A DNA stretch of 64,000 nucleotides, from contig CM082585.2 in assembly GCA_040954595.2 (NCBI GenBank), forward strand, positions 12,080,341 through 12,144,340, read 5' to 3'. This stretch comes from Balanoglossus misakiensis. Taxonomy: Eukaryota > Animalia > Hemichordata. The position numbers and the translations under genes were made by a program. This document shows, piece by piece, positions 48,022 through 60,380 of this stretch. The notes under the pieces are model-generated. The model saw nothing but the letters and a program-made list of their open reading frames with translations. It made no database searches and was not told the DNA's origin. Numbering within the stretch: position 1 is the stretch's first letter; every line of letters begins with the position of its first letter.

Positions 48022-48743
48022 GCGGCACTGATGAAAATAGTCGGTCATACTGTTGAAGGAATAGCCACGGGATTCTCATGTCACAAAACTTTGCTCAAAT
48101 TCCTCGAAAAAGGGCACTGTTTTATGATGCGACCAACTGTATGTTAGTGAATAGAATGCCAATAGGCTAATCGACTGTGAAAATCTTTCCATGGACATTT
48201 TTTTGATCAGCCATCAATCTTTTATCATCCGAAACAAAGCCTCTCGCCATTCGTCATCCAAGCATGCTTAACTTGTACTTTGTTGTTTCATATATTCTCT
48301 CATGTTACTGTTTTTGAGCTAAATTTATCACTGTATTTGTAGTATGTTCATGTATTGATTTCAATTTTTTGTTGTTTCAAATAGTCTACTACGTAGACTA
48401 TGCTTAAACTGTGGACTGGAAGTTTCAGTTAGGAAGACTTATTATGTCATAGAGAAACTGCTTGCAAAATCGTGCTTCTATATGTCGGAAATCTTACTAT
48501 TAGACGGGTGTTTTACAGAAAGGTAAAATAACCTTTTGACCTATGGCATTTAATAAGCCCTTTTGTTGCGAGGCGTGATTCAGGTCTGAGTTTTGAGATG
48601 TAATTGACGCAATCCCTGACGTATTCTTGAAATGAGGGTATCATGACTCTATGAATGACATTAATCACTTTGAATAGGAACACTTGTGAATGCTATACTA
48701 TAGAGCCTAATAGAGGAGCACAAAATGTGTCTGCCAGACATAG

Positions 48744-48858
48744 GAGTGTCACCCCCTGACATTTAGGACTGGTCATAATTTCACCTAAACACATTTACCC
48801 ACACAACAGAGTCACCCTCTGACATTAAGCAGTTATTATAATTTCACATTTACCCACA
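48744..48858 (+). repeat. Degenerate two-copy tandem duplication (about 60 bp)
   Basis: GTCACCCxCTGACATT...ATAATTTCAC...ATTTACCCACA occurs twice in tandem. Confidence 0.6.
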
Positions 48859-49873
48859 TGACAATGTATTGCATTTTAGAATGTAATAGTGAGACTCATA
48901 TCTTGATATGTGTGAACATGTCAAGGTGGGTGGGGGTTATGTCTGGGTGGCATATGCCCCAGGACGGGGGAAAGCTGAGAGCAGTCAAGTGTCTGCTGGG
49001 GATAGGTGGGTGCTGTCTTAGGAATGTGTACTGCTACAAAACATGATTGTTTGGGGAAAAAATCAGTATTAACACCAGCATAATTTAACTTCTAAGAAAT
49101 AACATATCTTCATAAAGCTTTCTCAAAATCACTTACAGTGACTTAACAGAAGGTGTGATTTTATTTTGGGAACTGTATTTATCATGTAAATTATGATTAA
49201 AAGATAAAAAGGTATATTTATTTAGAAAATACATGTAGGATTTCTTTGGCTGTATGAGCCAAGTCCTGTATGTGTAATATATCAACATTTTGTTGTCATT
49301 GTGTCATTTTGTTTCACCCTTTATATCATAATAAAATGTTACCATAGAAACCGATCGTTTACAAGGAATTTGTTTTGAAATGATAAAAAATATCAGACAA
49401 ACTTACCACTAAATGTTTGATGTAGTTTTGTACTCACTAGATAATATTACTACAATGTAGAAAAGAGAAGAACTGTCCTCAGCCAAAAGAAGTTGAAAAA
49501 TGACTGAAAATATTGTAAATTAAGTTAGATAATAAAATATGACACTCAAATTGTATCAGTCATCAGTGTGAGTATGGAAAGAATATTGAATATATCACAG
49601 TTAAGGAAAAATTACTCAAACTGAAAATATTAAATGTTTTCATCCATTGCTCATAAACTCTTTACTCTATCATTAACTCTATTTAAACCTCCTGGGCTGA
49701 CTTCTAGTTCCCATGATTCATTGCACTTATAAAAGAGCGAATGCGGCACCATATAAAGACACCGAGTCTAAACTCATTCTATCAGATTCCTGATAACTAT
49801 TTTGAAAAGAAAAAAAGTTAAACCTCGCTAATTTTGCAAGCTATGAGACTCATTTGTTTGAATGCATGATTAA

Positions 49874-50058
49874 AGGGAAGGGGTCGTCGCGCCGCGTGGG
49901 TGTCCCCGTAAACCCCACTGCAGTCGCTACGACCTATCAGGATCTTCTATGCTATGGTTGGCTGCTTCGTTCATTCTAAGAATGATGTAATTTCAGGGAT
50001 TTGTGGATGAATTGTAATGTTTATAAACACACAAACGTGGCGCAATGACCCCTTCACT
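49874..50058. mobile_element. Non-autonomous DNA transposon (MITE family 1, Kolobok-like termini), copy 1
   Basis: TTAA then AGGGAAGGGGTCGTCGCGCCGC at the left end and GTGGCGCAATGACCCCTTCACT at the right. Internal sequence is shared with 51828-52062 and 63635-63796. Confidence 0.75.
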
Positions 50059-50085
50059 TGAAATAACATACCTTATTTCCAAGGA

Positions 50086-53000
50086 CTATCTCTCTATACT
50101 AAGGACATGCACTTGCTTTGTACGAAGACTATCCAATCGGTTATCAATATCAGTAATTTGAAGAGTTTTCGTTGACAGGAATGATGACGAAACCGTTGAT
50201 GACAACAAGGATCGGTGACGTTTGTCGCGCCTTTGTATCTGACCAGCACGTGCTCTGCGACACACGTGACCAATCAGGGCCTTAACATCAGCCTGAAATG
50301 CAAGTGGAAAACAAACCAATAAATGCTTCTGCAGCAAAGTGATAGTTATGTTGAAAACTGAGAAATGTATTGCTAAAAGAATTTAAATTAATTACCAATT
50401 AAATACAGGCCTCTGGTTTTCTAGTCCCAACTGAACATGCTTGTGTACTTATTAACCCAATGAATGCAACAAAAACTCTTGATACAATTCTAGGGCAGCT
50501 ACCCCCTGGATATACAGACCCTATCACCCCCATTTCCCTCTTAAGAGGTTCAACCTTACCATAGAAAACAATGGGTTTGGACTGAACCATGGTGGTGAGA
50601 GGGTTAAACACAAGACTGACTGTTGGACGAGAACTGTCCGTATGCACTGAGTGTACTTACCCGAAAGCCATCGTTCAAGAAACTGTAGACAAGAGGGTTC
50701 ATGAAGCTGTTTGACATTGCTATCCATAATACTACTGAGTTGATCTTACGCATGAGATCTTGATGATATATCTCGCTGTACATGTAAGGAGCGAATCGAG
50801 TCACCAACATAAACACATGAAGAGGCAGCCAACAGAGTACAAACAGCACAACAACCAGAATCAGCATTTTTATCACCTGAAAGATACAAACATGGGATAG
50901 TGTTTGTGTACCGGTATGTCTCTCTTTTCTATTTAACCCTTTCACCCCAGTTTCACCCTTACCATAGAAAGCAATGGGTTTGGACTGAACCATGCATGGT
51001 GGTGAAAGGGTTAAACATTATCGGGATTCCAATTAAATAAAACAGATATAACAAGACTTGCATGGGATCGCCTTAATCAATATTTCAAATCGTCCATGGC
51101 AACATCGACTTATTTGGACACAGTGCACCACAAGACCTTAAGCAGCTCTATGTTGAAAACAAAATGTTATTAGTGGTGCTTGGACCGTAGCAGACCCTTG
51201 AAATCAATCCCCTTTCTGGTAGAGAACATGTATTCTAATAGTACCATTGTCAACATGCAAGCTAGGTTCAATCTGTTGTAGGATTCTTAAAATTTGATTA
51301 AGTGGCTCTCCATGGAGACAATGATCAAAGATTATTTTTGATAAAATTATTAATATCCAAGTCAGTGCTCAGCAAAATCTCATGCCGTTCTCGACGCCAC
51401 TCAAACAACGTATATGAACCAACTTTAGTTGAAATCTAACAACAGACAGGTAGCCATGTGTGACCATAGGGGCTAAATACAAGCAATACACATTGCCCAT
51501 TATGTCAGCTCACGTGTATGTGCTTACGAAGTCTAAATAGACTATCCCAAAGGAAATTGAACAATGGTTGCATGCATGAAGTGTGTCTGAGTACTTTCAT
51601 TTACTAAATGTGCCTTGAGGCAAAATATATTCCCTGGAAAGATGTCATTGGGATTAGCACCATGCAATATGTACTCCGGACAGACTAAATTCTATTCTGT
51701 ACCATACATGTGAGATCCCTCATTAGGAATCTCATTATCAGCAAAGCAAGACACAATGGGTGAATGATATGTCTTCCTATTCTGTTTCTGAACGACTCTA
51801 CTTGCCTGCAGAGAATACACTCGTTAAAGGGAAGGGGTCGTCGCGCCGCATGAGTGTTCCCGGTGATGAGAATATGTCCTCCTATACCAGCGCAAACCCC
51901 ACTGCAGTTGCCACGACCTTCTAGTATTTTCAGATGCTGTCATTCCCAGTCTTATGCTATGGTTGGCTGCTTAGTTATTGTAAGAATGATCTAATTTCAG
52001 AGATTTGTGGATGAATTGTAATGTTTATAAACAAACAAACGCGGCGCGACGACCCCTTCACTTTATAATCTTGAGAGGAAACCTTGATAACATTGGAATA
52101 AAAATCTCGTAAACTCAGAAAAGAATCTAGCCTGGGAAGTGAACTGTATATTACTTCTTCAGGATTTTCACTAGATCAACTTTATCTGTATGTACCCTAT
52201 TGATTTGTGATGATGGTTTCCATGCCTTTTGGAATTCTTATTTTGCCCAGCAAGATTTGTTCATAGGTGAGTTAGATGGATCTCTTAATAGACAAGCTTT
52301 AACAATCCCTTTACAGTGGAACTGTAATGTGATCTGGAATTCAAAAGGGCATTAGCTGTAACCTTTGGCTATTTTTACAGTAATTGTGTTCAGGATATCT
52401 GAGCTGATTCTTGTTCTACTCCCTACAGCATGTTAATATACTCAGCATTCTGCTTATAAAATATAGCCTGCATATATGTATAACTAACAATGTTATAGTT
52501 CAAAAATAAATTATACTCTGGAGATTAATTTTATTTTCAACAATGAGCTACATTCTGGCCATTCCATCATGCTTCAGGGATTGGAACAGGAAACTGCAGA
52601 TAGTACACCAACAAAAAAGACTGAAAATGTAGCCATAAGTTACAGCTAATGGAACTTTCATAACTATTCATGCAAACGGCAAATGGTTACATTTGCATAG
52701 GAGACTGTGCACAACAACTAAATTACTGAACTGAGCGTGTAAGAATGTCTTTTAGAAGGGGGGAGGGGTTCTTTCTCTGCTATCTGCCCAATTGCATTCC
52801 AAACCCTTGCTTGATTCATGCATATACATGTATATATAAAATATGCAGTTACCTTTTTCTTGGACGATGAGAATGATTCATCCCTCTGACGGTCTGCATT
52901 ACCAGGCATGCGTCGACCCCATAGTCGTCTGCCCACTCTGACGTAGCAAAACAGAAGAACTATCACGGGAATGAAGTACGTCACCATAACCATGAAAAGC

Positions 53001-55399
53001 TCATAAAATATGGCTGCCGAATCATAAGGCCACCATTCTGTGCAGAAATAGAACATCTTCTTCTCGTAGAGGACTTTTCTTGCTCGTGCGAAGACAGTCT
53101 GCACAATAGCCAGGAGTGTAGAGATCAACCAAATTATAGTAAACCACACTTTGGCGCGATTTTTGGTCACTCGCACTTTCAGCGGGTACAGGACGGCGAA
53201 GTATCGGTCGATGCCAATGGCGATTAGAGTGTAGACACTCACCATTACGGAAACCTGGTGACAAAAAAGAAATCATCGGTGTAGATAACAGGTTTCCCAC
53301 CCAGCCATTTTGTTTGTGCTAAACTTCAGCACTTAAGAGAGTCCAGAAAATTTGACAAATTTGTTCTAGAGTCGATTGATTAGTGAGTGATGAGTGAGTG
53401 AATTGACATATCAAGTTATACATAACATTGTGTTATCGCTCAAGCATCAACCTTTATTGTACTTAATGGCTCATTTGAATTTCAATCTACTTTCTGCCAA
53501 CAATATTCTGTGATGTTTAAATGTATTTTAATCTCAAGACGTGAATGATAAAATAGCCTTCCCACCCTTTCACTATAACCTTCAGTCAGATATCGACCTT
53601 GTCGCATAAGAGTTAATGTAGGTATTAGTATGAGGTCATTTAGATGGAGCTCTGAATGTTAGGATGGTGCTGTGTTACTAGCGTATCTAATACCCCCCGT
53701 CTTCAACCTGCGTAATGGACAAAAAACTGTACATTAACTGGGACCTTCAAAGGTAGCTAAGTTCTGCTTAAGCTTGACTATTTTATAAACATTATTAATT
53801 ATTTATTGTAAGCAGGCGGTTGTGATCGATTATAAAGTGCTTACTTATTCAGCCACAAACAAAATGTACCATGTACAATCCTATGGCTTCCCTGATTACA
53901 TGTATCTCATTGATATCAATGCTCGCTGGACTGTAGCAAATGGGTCAGGAGCTGACATGGACAAACTTCATGCTTGCTGTAAGACGAATGAATGCAGCGC
54001 AGTTTGGAAAAAGAGTGATGCAGAATTTTTTCACTCGGAGAAATTGAAGGCGCAAATGGCAATGAACGTTTCTGTGAGGCTCAACAACTTGGTGTTTCAT
54101 TCTGTTCGTCGACAAGTTAATGTGAGCTTCCTCCCACGGGAAATCACAAGTCACTTTCATGTATCTCTCTCTATCTCTCCTCCTGGTCGTAACATTATGG
54201 TCTATATAAAGCGAGGCAAGCTTAATTTTCAGCAGATGTCTCTGTTATTGTACATTTTATGCGGACTATTTGTTTATCCTAATAATCATTAAAGTAGTCA
54301 AAACAAGGTCATCAATGCAACAGCCCTAAAAGTTAAGAAACAGGATATTTTCCTTTGGGATATATTCTCAGAATCACGGCTTTTTGTTGTCAAGAAATGA
54401 CAGTCACTTGCCAAATAAATGTCTAAGTTGGAGAAAAAGTCTAACGACTGACAACTACTTAAAATTGCTGGTGAATCATTACTATAATAGGTCTGTTTAA
54501 TCGTGTGTTTAGATTTTATTTAACGTGCTTTTTTACCTAATGCACTTGATGTATTGATACAGAGCTCCTATTCTAGTCAAGAAAGACATTTTGTTGGCCA
54601 AAATCTTCCATAATGTCAGTGTTTCTCCAGTTGTGAGTGAAAACGAAGCAGCCAATAGCCAGATTATAATCGGCATTTTGATCCTATACGTAAAACCACA
54701 ACTTTAGTACCCTATTTTCCAACAAGTGTGCTATCTATATGCTGGTTTATTTATACCGTTGCACTCATTTCAAATTGGAAAGAATCAGCAACTATAAAAA
54801 AACACAATTCCAGGGCCTGGCTATAATATATTCACTTTTCTTTGCATTTACCAGATGAGTTTTCTTCAAGCAATATTAAATTTTATATACTGACCACAAC
54901 AAGAATGTTATAAATTGGCTTCCATTAGTTGGGCACAGCGGCAGAAACATTGTGCAAAGATTTAGCTACCCACCTGCTGAAAGAATATCACTGTTGGACA
55001 CATAGCTGTACTGAATATCCAATAACCGTACATGATGGTGCTGAACGTGAACGGCATACAGAAGATAGCCATGGTTAGATCTGCCAATGCCAGGTTAATG
55101 AGAAATAAATTCAGTTCTGTCTTTGGCGTCTTGCTGAACAATAAAACTATGAGGACGATGATGTTACCGATGGTTGATAGAGCTATATTTAGACTGAAGG
55201 CACCCATCAGTGCTATCCTCCAGTTAATCGAAAGCTCCAACTGGAGATAGCTGTTCATAGATGGAGTGGTGTCCATGATCTCATGTCCAATTGCTGTTTT
55301 CATTTGCTGCTCCTGCATGGCATGGTTTCGCAAGAACTCTCTGATCTGAGCTTCTATAAGTGCCAACTCTTCTTCAGTCAAGTTGTAACTGTCCTCCAT
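50086..55399 (-). CDS. GPCR1: rhodopsin-family neuropeptide-type receptor (tachykinin/luqin-RYamide/leucokinin/GPR83-related clade), about 416 aa
   Basis: Phase-0 exons 55399-54974 (GN in TM1, NLALAD in TM2), 53254-52853 (AIGIDRY, TM4-5), 50876-50661 (CWLP; AMSNSFMNPLVY), 50292-50086 (C-tail). Confidence 0.93.
50519..50603. mobile_element. Short piggyBac-like MITE (family 2), copy 1
   Basis: CCCTATCACC...GGTGAGAGGG followed by TTAA; internal CCTTACCATAGAAAxCAATGGGTTTGGACTGAACCATG shared with 50937-51010. Confidence 0.7.
50937..51010. mobile_element. Short piggyBac-like MITE (family 2), copy 2
   Basis: TTAA-CCCTTTCACC...GGTGAAAGGG-TTAA: perfect 10-bp TIR with TTAA TSD. Confidence 0.8.
51828..52062. 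mobile_element. MITE family 1, copy 2 (most complete)
   Basis: 22-bp TIR AGGGAAGGGGTCGTCGCGCCGC / GCGGCGCGACGACCCCTTCACT (one mismatch), flanked by TTAA and TTAT. Confidence 0.8.
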
Positions 55400-56464
55400 G
55401 TTTTGTGAGGTCTTCGTTAACAGTCACCAATGCTGCTTCAATCTTTTTTCCACAGACGTATTGGCATCAGCTGTTACGAGTGACCAAAAGTACTTAGTGA
55501 CGTTGGATGCACGATAACAAAAATCAACATATCGTTTGCAAACATTACAGTTTGCATTGCACCTTGTAAAGTGATCTCTACATCTACCGGTAGCCTCTCT
55601 ATTCTGGCATAGAATCACTTTGTGTATCACGTGACCCTGTATGACTCGCAACTTCGATTACACTGACGCCGTACAAAATTTCTGAAAGGGGGGGGGGGGG
55701 ACATTAAATGGAATCACGCTGGCAATGTATCCTTTTTGAGGGTCTTCTGTGTCAATTTCCAAGAAAAATTGGAGGTATGAATCAGAAATAAAGCAATAGC
55801 AGAACATTGGGGTGGGGCACATATGTTTATTCCACAGATTACTAGTACCTTACCCAATATGTTGTATTAATGATGAAAATGGAGTGACTGCAGGCATCCC
55901 TATGTCACCATATGGACTGTTTGATCTGATGTATTTTTCACCTAAAAGGTAACGCTTGATCACCTTTAATAGAGTAGTTTTCATCATAACAGAATAGAAC
56001 ATGTGGCTTCTTCGCAAGAACACAAAACAAACTTATTAAGATAGCAATACATCGAGAAGATATTTCACAAATAAACTGCAGATATGTGTGAGCAGAATTT
56101 AATAAGTATGCAAATCGGAATTTAAAGAGCTTTCATGGCTCAAACATCTGCACGCATAATATAAATACTATTATTTGAAGTCTAATAATAAGTGAGAGGA
56201 TTGAGGCAGCTAGACTATCCACTGAGCACATTCCAATATATATGCACAATTACCACCACCTTGTCCATGCAAAAGCTCTGCATTGATGAATAGGGCCATC
56301 TACTTTAGTTTGGCATTATGGCCTGCGGCAAGGAATTGAACAATGCAAGGGAAGGAGAAGTAGGGATATCAAAGCAGCAGAGAAATGCACTGGCTATTCA
56401 TGCCAGATGGAGAATCATCAAGGGTTATACAAACAGTCTTTAAATGTAAATTATTATAGTACAT

Positions 56465-56504
56465 TTAATCCTTTCACCCCCATTCCCACTTTAGAGGTCT
56501 AACC
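56465..56504. mobile_element. MITE family 2, partial left end
   Basis: TTAATCCTTTCACCCCCATTCCCACTTTAGAGGTCTAACC resembles the left end of 50519-50603. Confidence 0.55.
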
Positions 56505-59500
56505 AAGGACCTGTATGACACTTATTTAATATATATAGGAGTCTTTATTCAGTAATTCCAGGCCATTAGCCCAACATACTTCATATTATATTAAAATAAA
56601 TACAGAAATGAGAGAGGAAAGTAATATTTACAAACACTCAAACTTTCTCACTTTCATAGCATGGAAAATGAAAGCTGTTAGACATTGGATCATCTGTTGT
56701 CATTAAAGAAATAAAATTTCTTTCCGTTGGTGGATTAAAATAATAGTGAGGAATCCCCGGGCTTTCAAAAAAATTACAGAATAAAACAGGCGAGACTGTC
56801 TCCAGATCTAGACCAGTACTATCACGTTTTTCACCTACTACATGTACTAGACTCTAGAGGGCGCTCTGTCACGCATTACTTCTTGTCAACAAAATACCAG
56901 GATGTAAAGTCATGAAGAGGTCATGAGAGGCCATAAACGAAAGAATATTCGCCCATATGAACAAAACAATCACTCTGTTCTCGGGACCGTGAGAAATCAG
57001 TGCAACCTATCACGCGTAGCCATGAAGTGTTTAAAATAAATAATAAACTCAGCGACACAAAGGTACATTGTAAACACCCGTACAACAACGCCAGTCCACT
57101 CACTTCGGACGTCCCAAATTAGAACCTCCCAAAACAGTATGACCGCGCCTCACTACCGTTTTCCCATACGAGTTTTTAACTCGCATACCTAGAAATCGGC
57201 CGTTCTGGAGTAAACGTCTGTAGTGGGACAACAATCACACTGGACCCCACACATACTCGGAAAATCACAACGAAATATACAAACAAAACTTACATGCAGC
57301 AGCAGATGACAACATATGCCAGCAACATACATGCCACGAGACGAGCGAGCCAGCAGTATTGATCCTCAGCAGTCCCGTACCAAAACTGCGCGCCAAGTCC
57401 ACAACCTCTTCTCAGTCACTGGATGGAGAGTGGTACTATGGAAGCCTAGACCCAAACGGAACCTCGGAAATCCCAGCTGCTTAGACCAAGCTGAAGTGGT
57501 AGCGGTAACACAGCATCCATACGAAACTTACTAGTCTCGATTACCCAGAGTCCTCTGTTTCTAAGAAGCATGCAGAGGGGTATACTTCATTGTCACGTGA
57601 TTAGCAGACGATACGATAGCATGTGCTTAGCACAGTGTATCTGACCCGAGGGCAGCACTATCACTGAGCTCCCCTCACATACACGCATCCTATACTCAAT
57701 ACAACAGCAGTATCTCTCAGATACCTCCAAACGTATCGTCTGCTGCCCTCAGATGATTTTCCACGTGAGACTTCGACTGGCGCATGGCTGCGCCGCCAAG
57801 TCATCTCAATATAACGCCCTCTATAGGGCCAAAGTCATTTGGTAAAACAAGGAAAAGAAGTTTTCATCAAAATAAGCGTGGACTAGAGTACAGGGAAAAT
57901 TCATAAAAGTTTCAATATTTGATCTAAAAATACAGTAACAAATAGGATCTAATAGGACTAAATTTGTTTCTACAAATAAAGAAGATAGAGCAATACCTTC
58001 ATTTTGAAAAAAAAATATCTAGATTATACGTCCAATTATTAGCATTGCTTTAATCCAATGCCACCATGAAATATTGTGACTTTGAATGACTTTGAAATAT
58101 CAAAATATCTTGCAATCAAAAACGTTATTTTTTACACTTCATATTCCAAACGACCAGACGTTTCTAATGTCGATTTATGTATGTAAGTGTTTCTGATAGA
58201 TGTTATCAATTTTACATTCTACGCCAGCCTCAGGATACGTTATGGATACTAGCATTTATGGGAGTCACTCAAGCGTCGAGTAAGCTAGCTCACTAGTTAA
58301 TTATACACGCACAGAAATCGGCGTTATATAAAAATCAACCAGGCTTGAGAATATTGCTTCTTATCGTTTCACGACCAACGGCAACTTGTAACCATATTTG
58401 CAAGTATCTCTTTCGCTTATATCATTCTGCCTATATGCAACCACACACTCCCATCTGTGTAGCATATTCTAGTTACTGGCCCCTTTACAATAAAGAGCGT
58501 ATTCAAACCACAGGTTTTGTTGAAAATTAAGGTCAAACATTGATCTGCAGGTAAATATAACTATCAAAGACAATGAATCCCCACTAATCTGATAAAACAA
58601 TGTGGAGAAAATCCAAGTCAAAGGTGGACAAGGAGACTAAATGTAATCGAAACTACTATAATCGGGGTCTCTGATGCAGCTAATATCGATTGGAAAGATA
58701 TCTGAGAACATCAGCCTTGAGATATACTGCGCGATGCAAAGATATAACCTTTGCACTTTTCTGAATCTAGATACAAATGTATAGACTGGCTTATCCCGGC
58801 TTACTTACAGGTAAACTGAAAGGTAATGAATTATTCGATGTCAGTAAGATACATTCGAACAGAAACGCTAACTTGAGGCAGTTTTTGTATGCTATACTGC
58901 TAGAGTATTCTCGTGTTAAAGTTTAAATATTTAAGAAATCAGGAAATGATAAATGTATCCTATAAACTTGACATAAAAAGAAGTACTTTCTGACACGATT
59001 CAGATTCGGCTGATGAAAAACATTTACCAATGAATATTCACTTCAGTCTAAGTATCAACTGTGGTGTTATTCCTAAAGGGGTTCGGCTCATGGAGAAGTC
59101 GTTCTCGTTGTTGATACGTCTGGTGGACAGGATGCCATTACGGTCAAGTGATCATCTTGGCGTCCTCTAAATACATCGTTACTGCTTATCTTCAGACACC
59201 AGGGAACCGAATCTCGAGCATGTTACGGAGAATTTCCTGTTTGGGATTGTTTTCTCTACCGCTGCGGCTCTCACTATCACTCCACGCAAGAAAGAAAGAC
59301 ACCAGACCGCTGTCAATCACGACGAAAGGAAGCCTTGGAGAGTCAGAGATCATTACAGATAAAAACGGTCGATTGAAGACTCTAGAGAGAGCTACTTCTT
59401 CTTCGTTTACACTCAACATATTCCTTTCATCCCGCTTGTGTTGTATGTTTGACACGTTGCATTGCTCTGTATAACTTCAACCCTTTGGCGGACATCCTAC

Positions 59501-59813
59501 CACGAATAGTGCGCTAGCATCGAGTTAATACGTTAAAAAAACCTTGCCTATTTTTAATTTGAAAGTGCAGTGATAAAATTTAGTTACGGGAAATTGTATC
59601 CATGGTGAATATGATAAACACAGTTAAATAGAGAGTACAGATGGTGCTTAGTTATATCGACAGACCATAAGTGTGGTTAAAAAGGGAAACGTTGTAGTAG
59701 CTATATACACGCAGTCTATATATCTGGGAATTATCTTGGAATGTTGATATGATAGATCCCATTTGAATTAGATTTGTTTTATTTGGGAGGTATTACCGTG
59801 TTTATAAATGAGA

Positions 59814-60380
59814 TCAATTTTGAAGTTGAGTATTGTGATGGCTTGTCTTCGATACCGATGAAATGGGCACACTGTCGGAGGTGGTACTTGAAGACTTTTT
59901 CATCGAGAAGACGGACGAGGAAAGATAGCGACCGCGTTTTTGCATCCTCCCGACATGTCCAAGATGGCGCTTTCTTTGAAACATTGCTTTGACGTCATTC
60001 TGAAATGGCGAGAGACGGAAAAAAACTATTGATTTCATCTATTGCAAATAATGCCTGTAGTATTAGCGGAAAATCATATATTGGCGCGCATCTTAATTTT
60101 GTATATCACAGTCCCTCTATAACAGAAAATCTGTGATATTATCACAGACATGAACTGTACCCACCCGAAAACTCTCGTTGAAAAAACTGTAGATCATTGG
60201 GTTCATGAAGCTGTTGGACATGGCTACCCACAAAACCACTGAGTTGATCTTGCGCATCATGTCCTGGTGGTAGCGCTCTGCAGTCTGGTACGGAGAGAAT
60301 CGAGTCACCAACATAAACACATGCAGTGGGAGCCAACAAAGTAGAAACATCAACACCACCAGTATCAGCATTTTTATGAC
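59814..60380 (-). CDS. GPCR2: last two coding exons of a tandem paralogue of GPCR1 (5' exons not found in the window)
   Basis: Exon 60380-60165 (216 bp, same length and phase as GPCR1 exon 3: VIKMLILVVLMFLLCWLPLHVFMLVTRF...WVAMSNSFMNPMIYSFFNESFR) and exon 59999-59814 (Ser-rich C-tail). Confidence 0.9.

Noticed and set aside
53822-54292. 156-aa plus-strand ORF in GPCR1 intron 1
   Set aside because: Non-ATG start and no domain features; consistent with chance.
59090-59520. Coding-looking sequence downstream of GPCR2 (possible extra exon or neuropeptide precursor)
   Set aside because: Stops in all frames, no signal peptide or repeated amidation/cleavage sites, and no clear splice link; probably 3' UTR.
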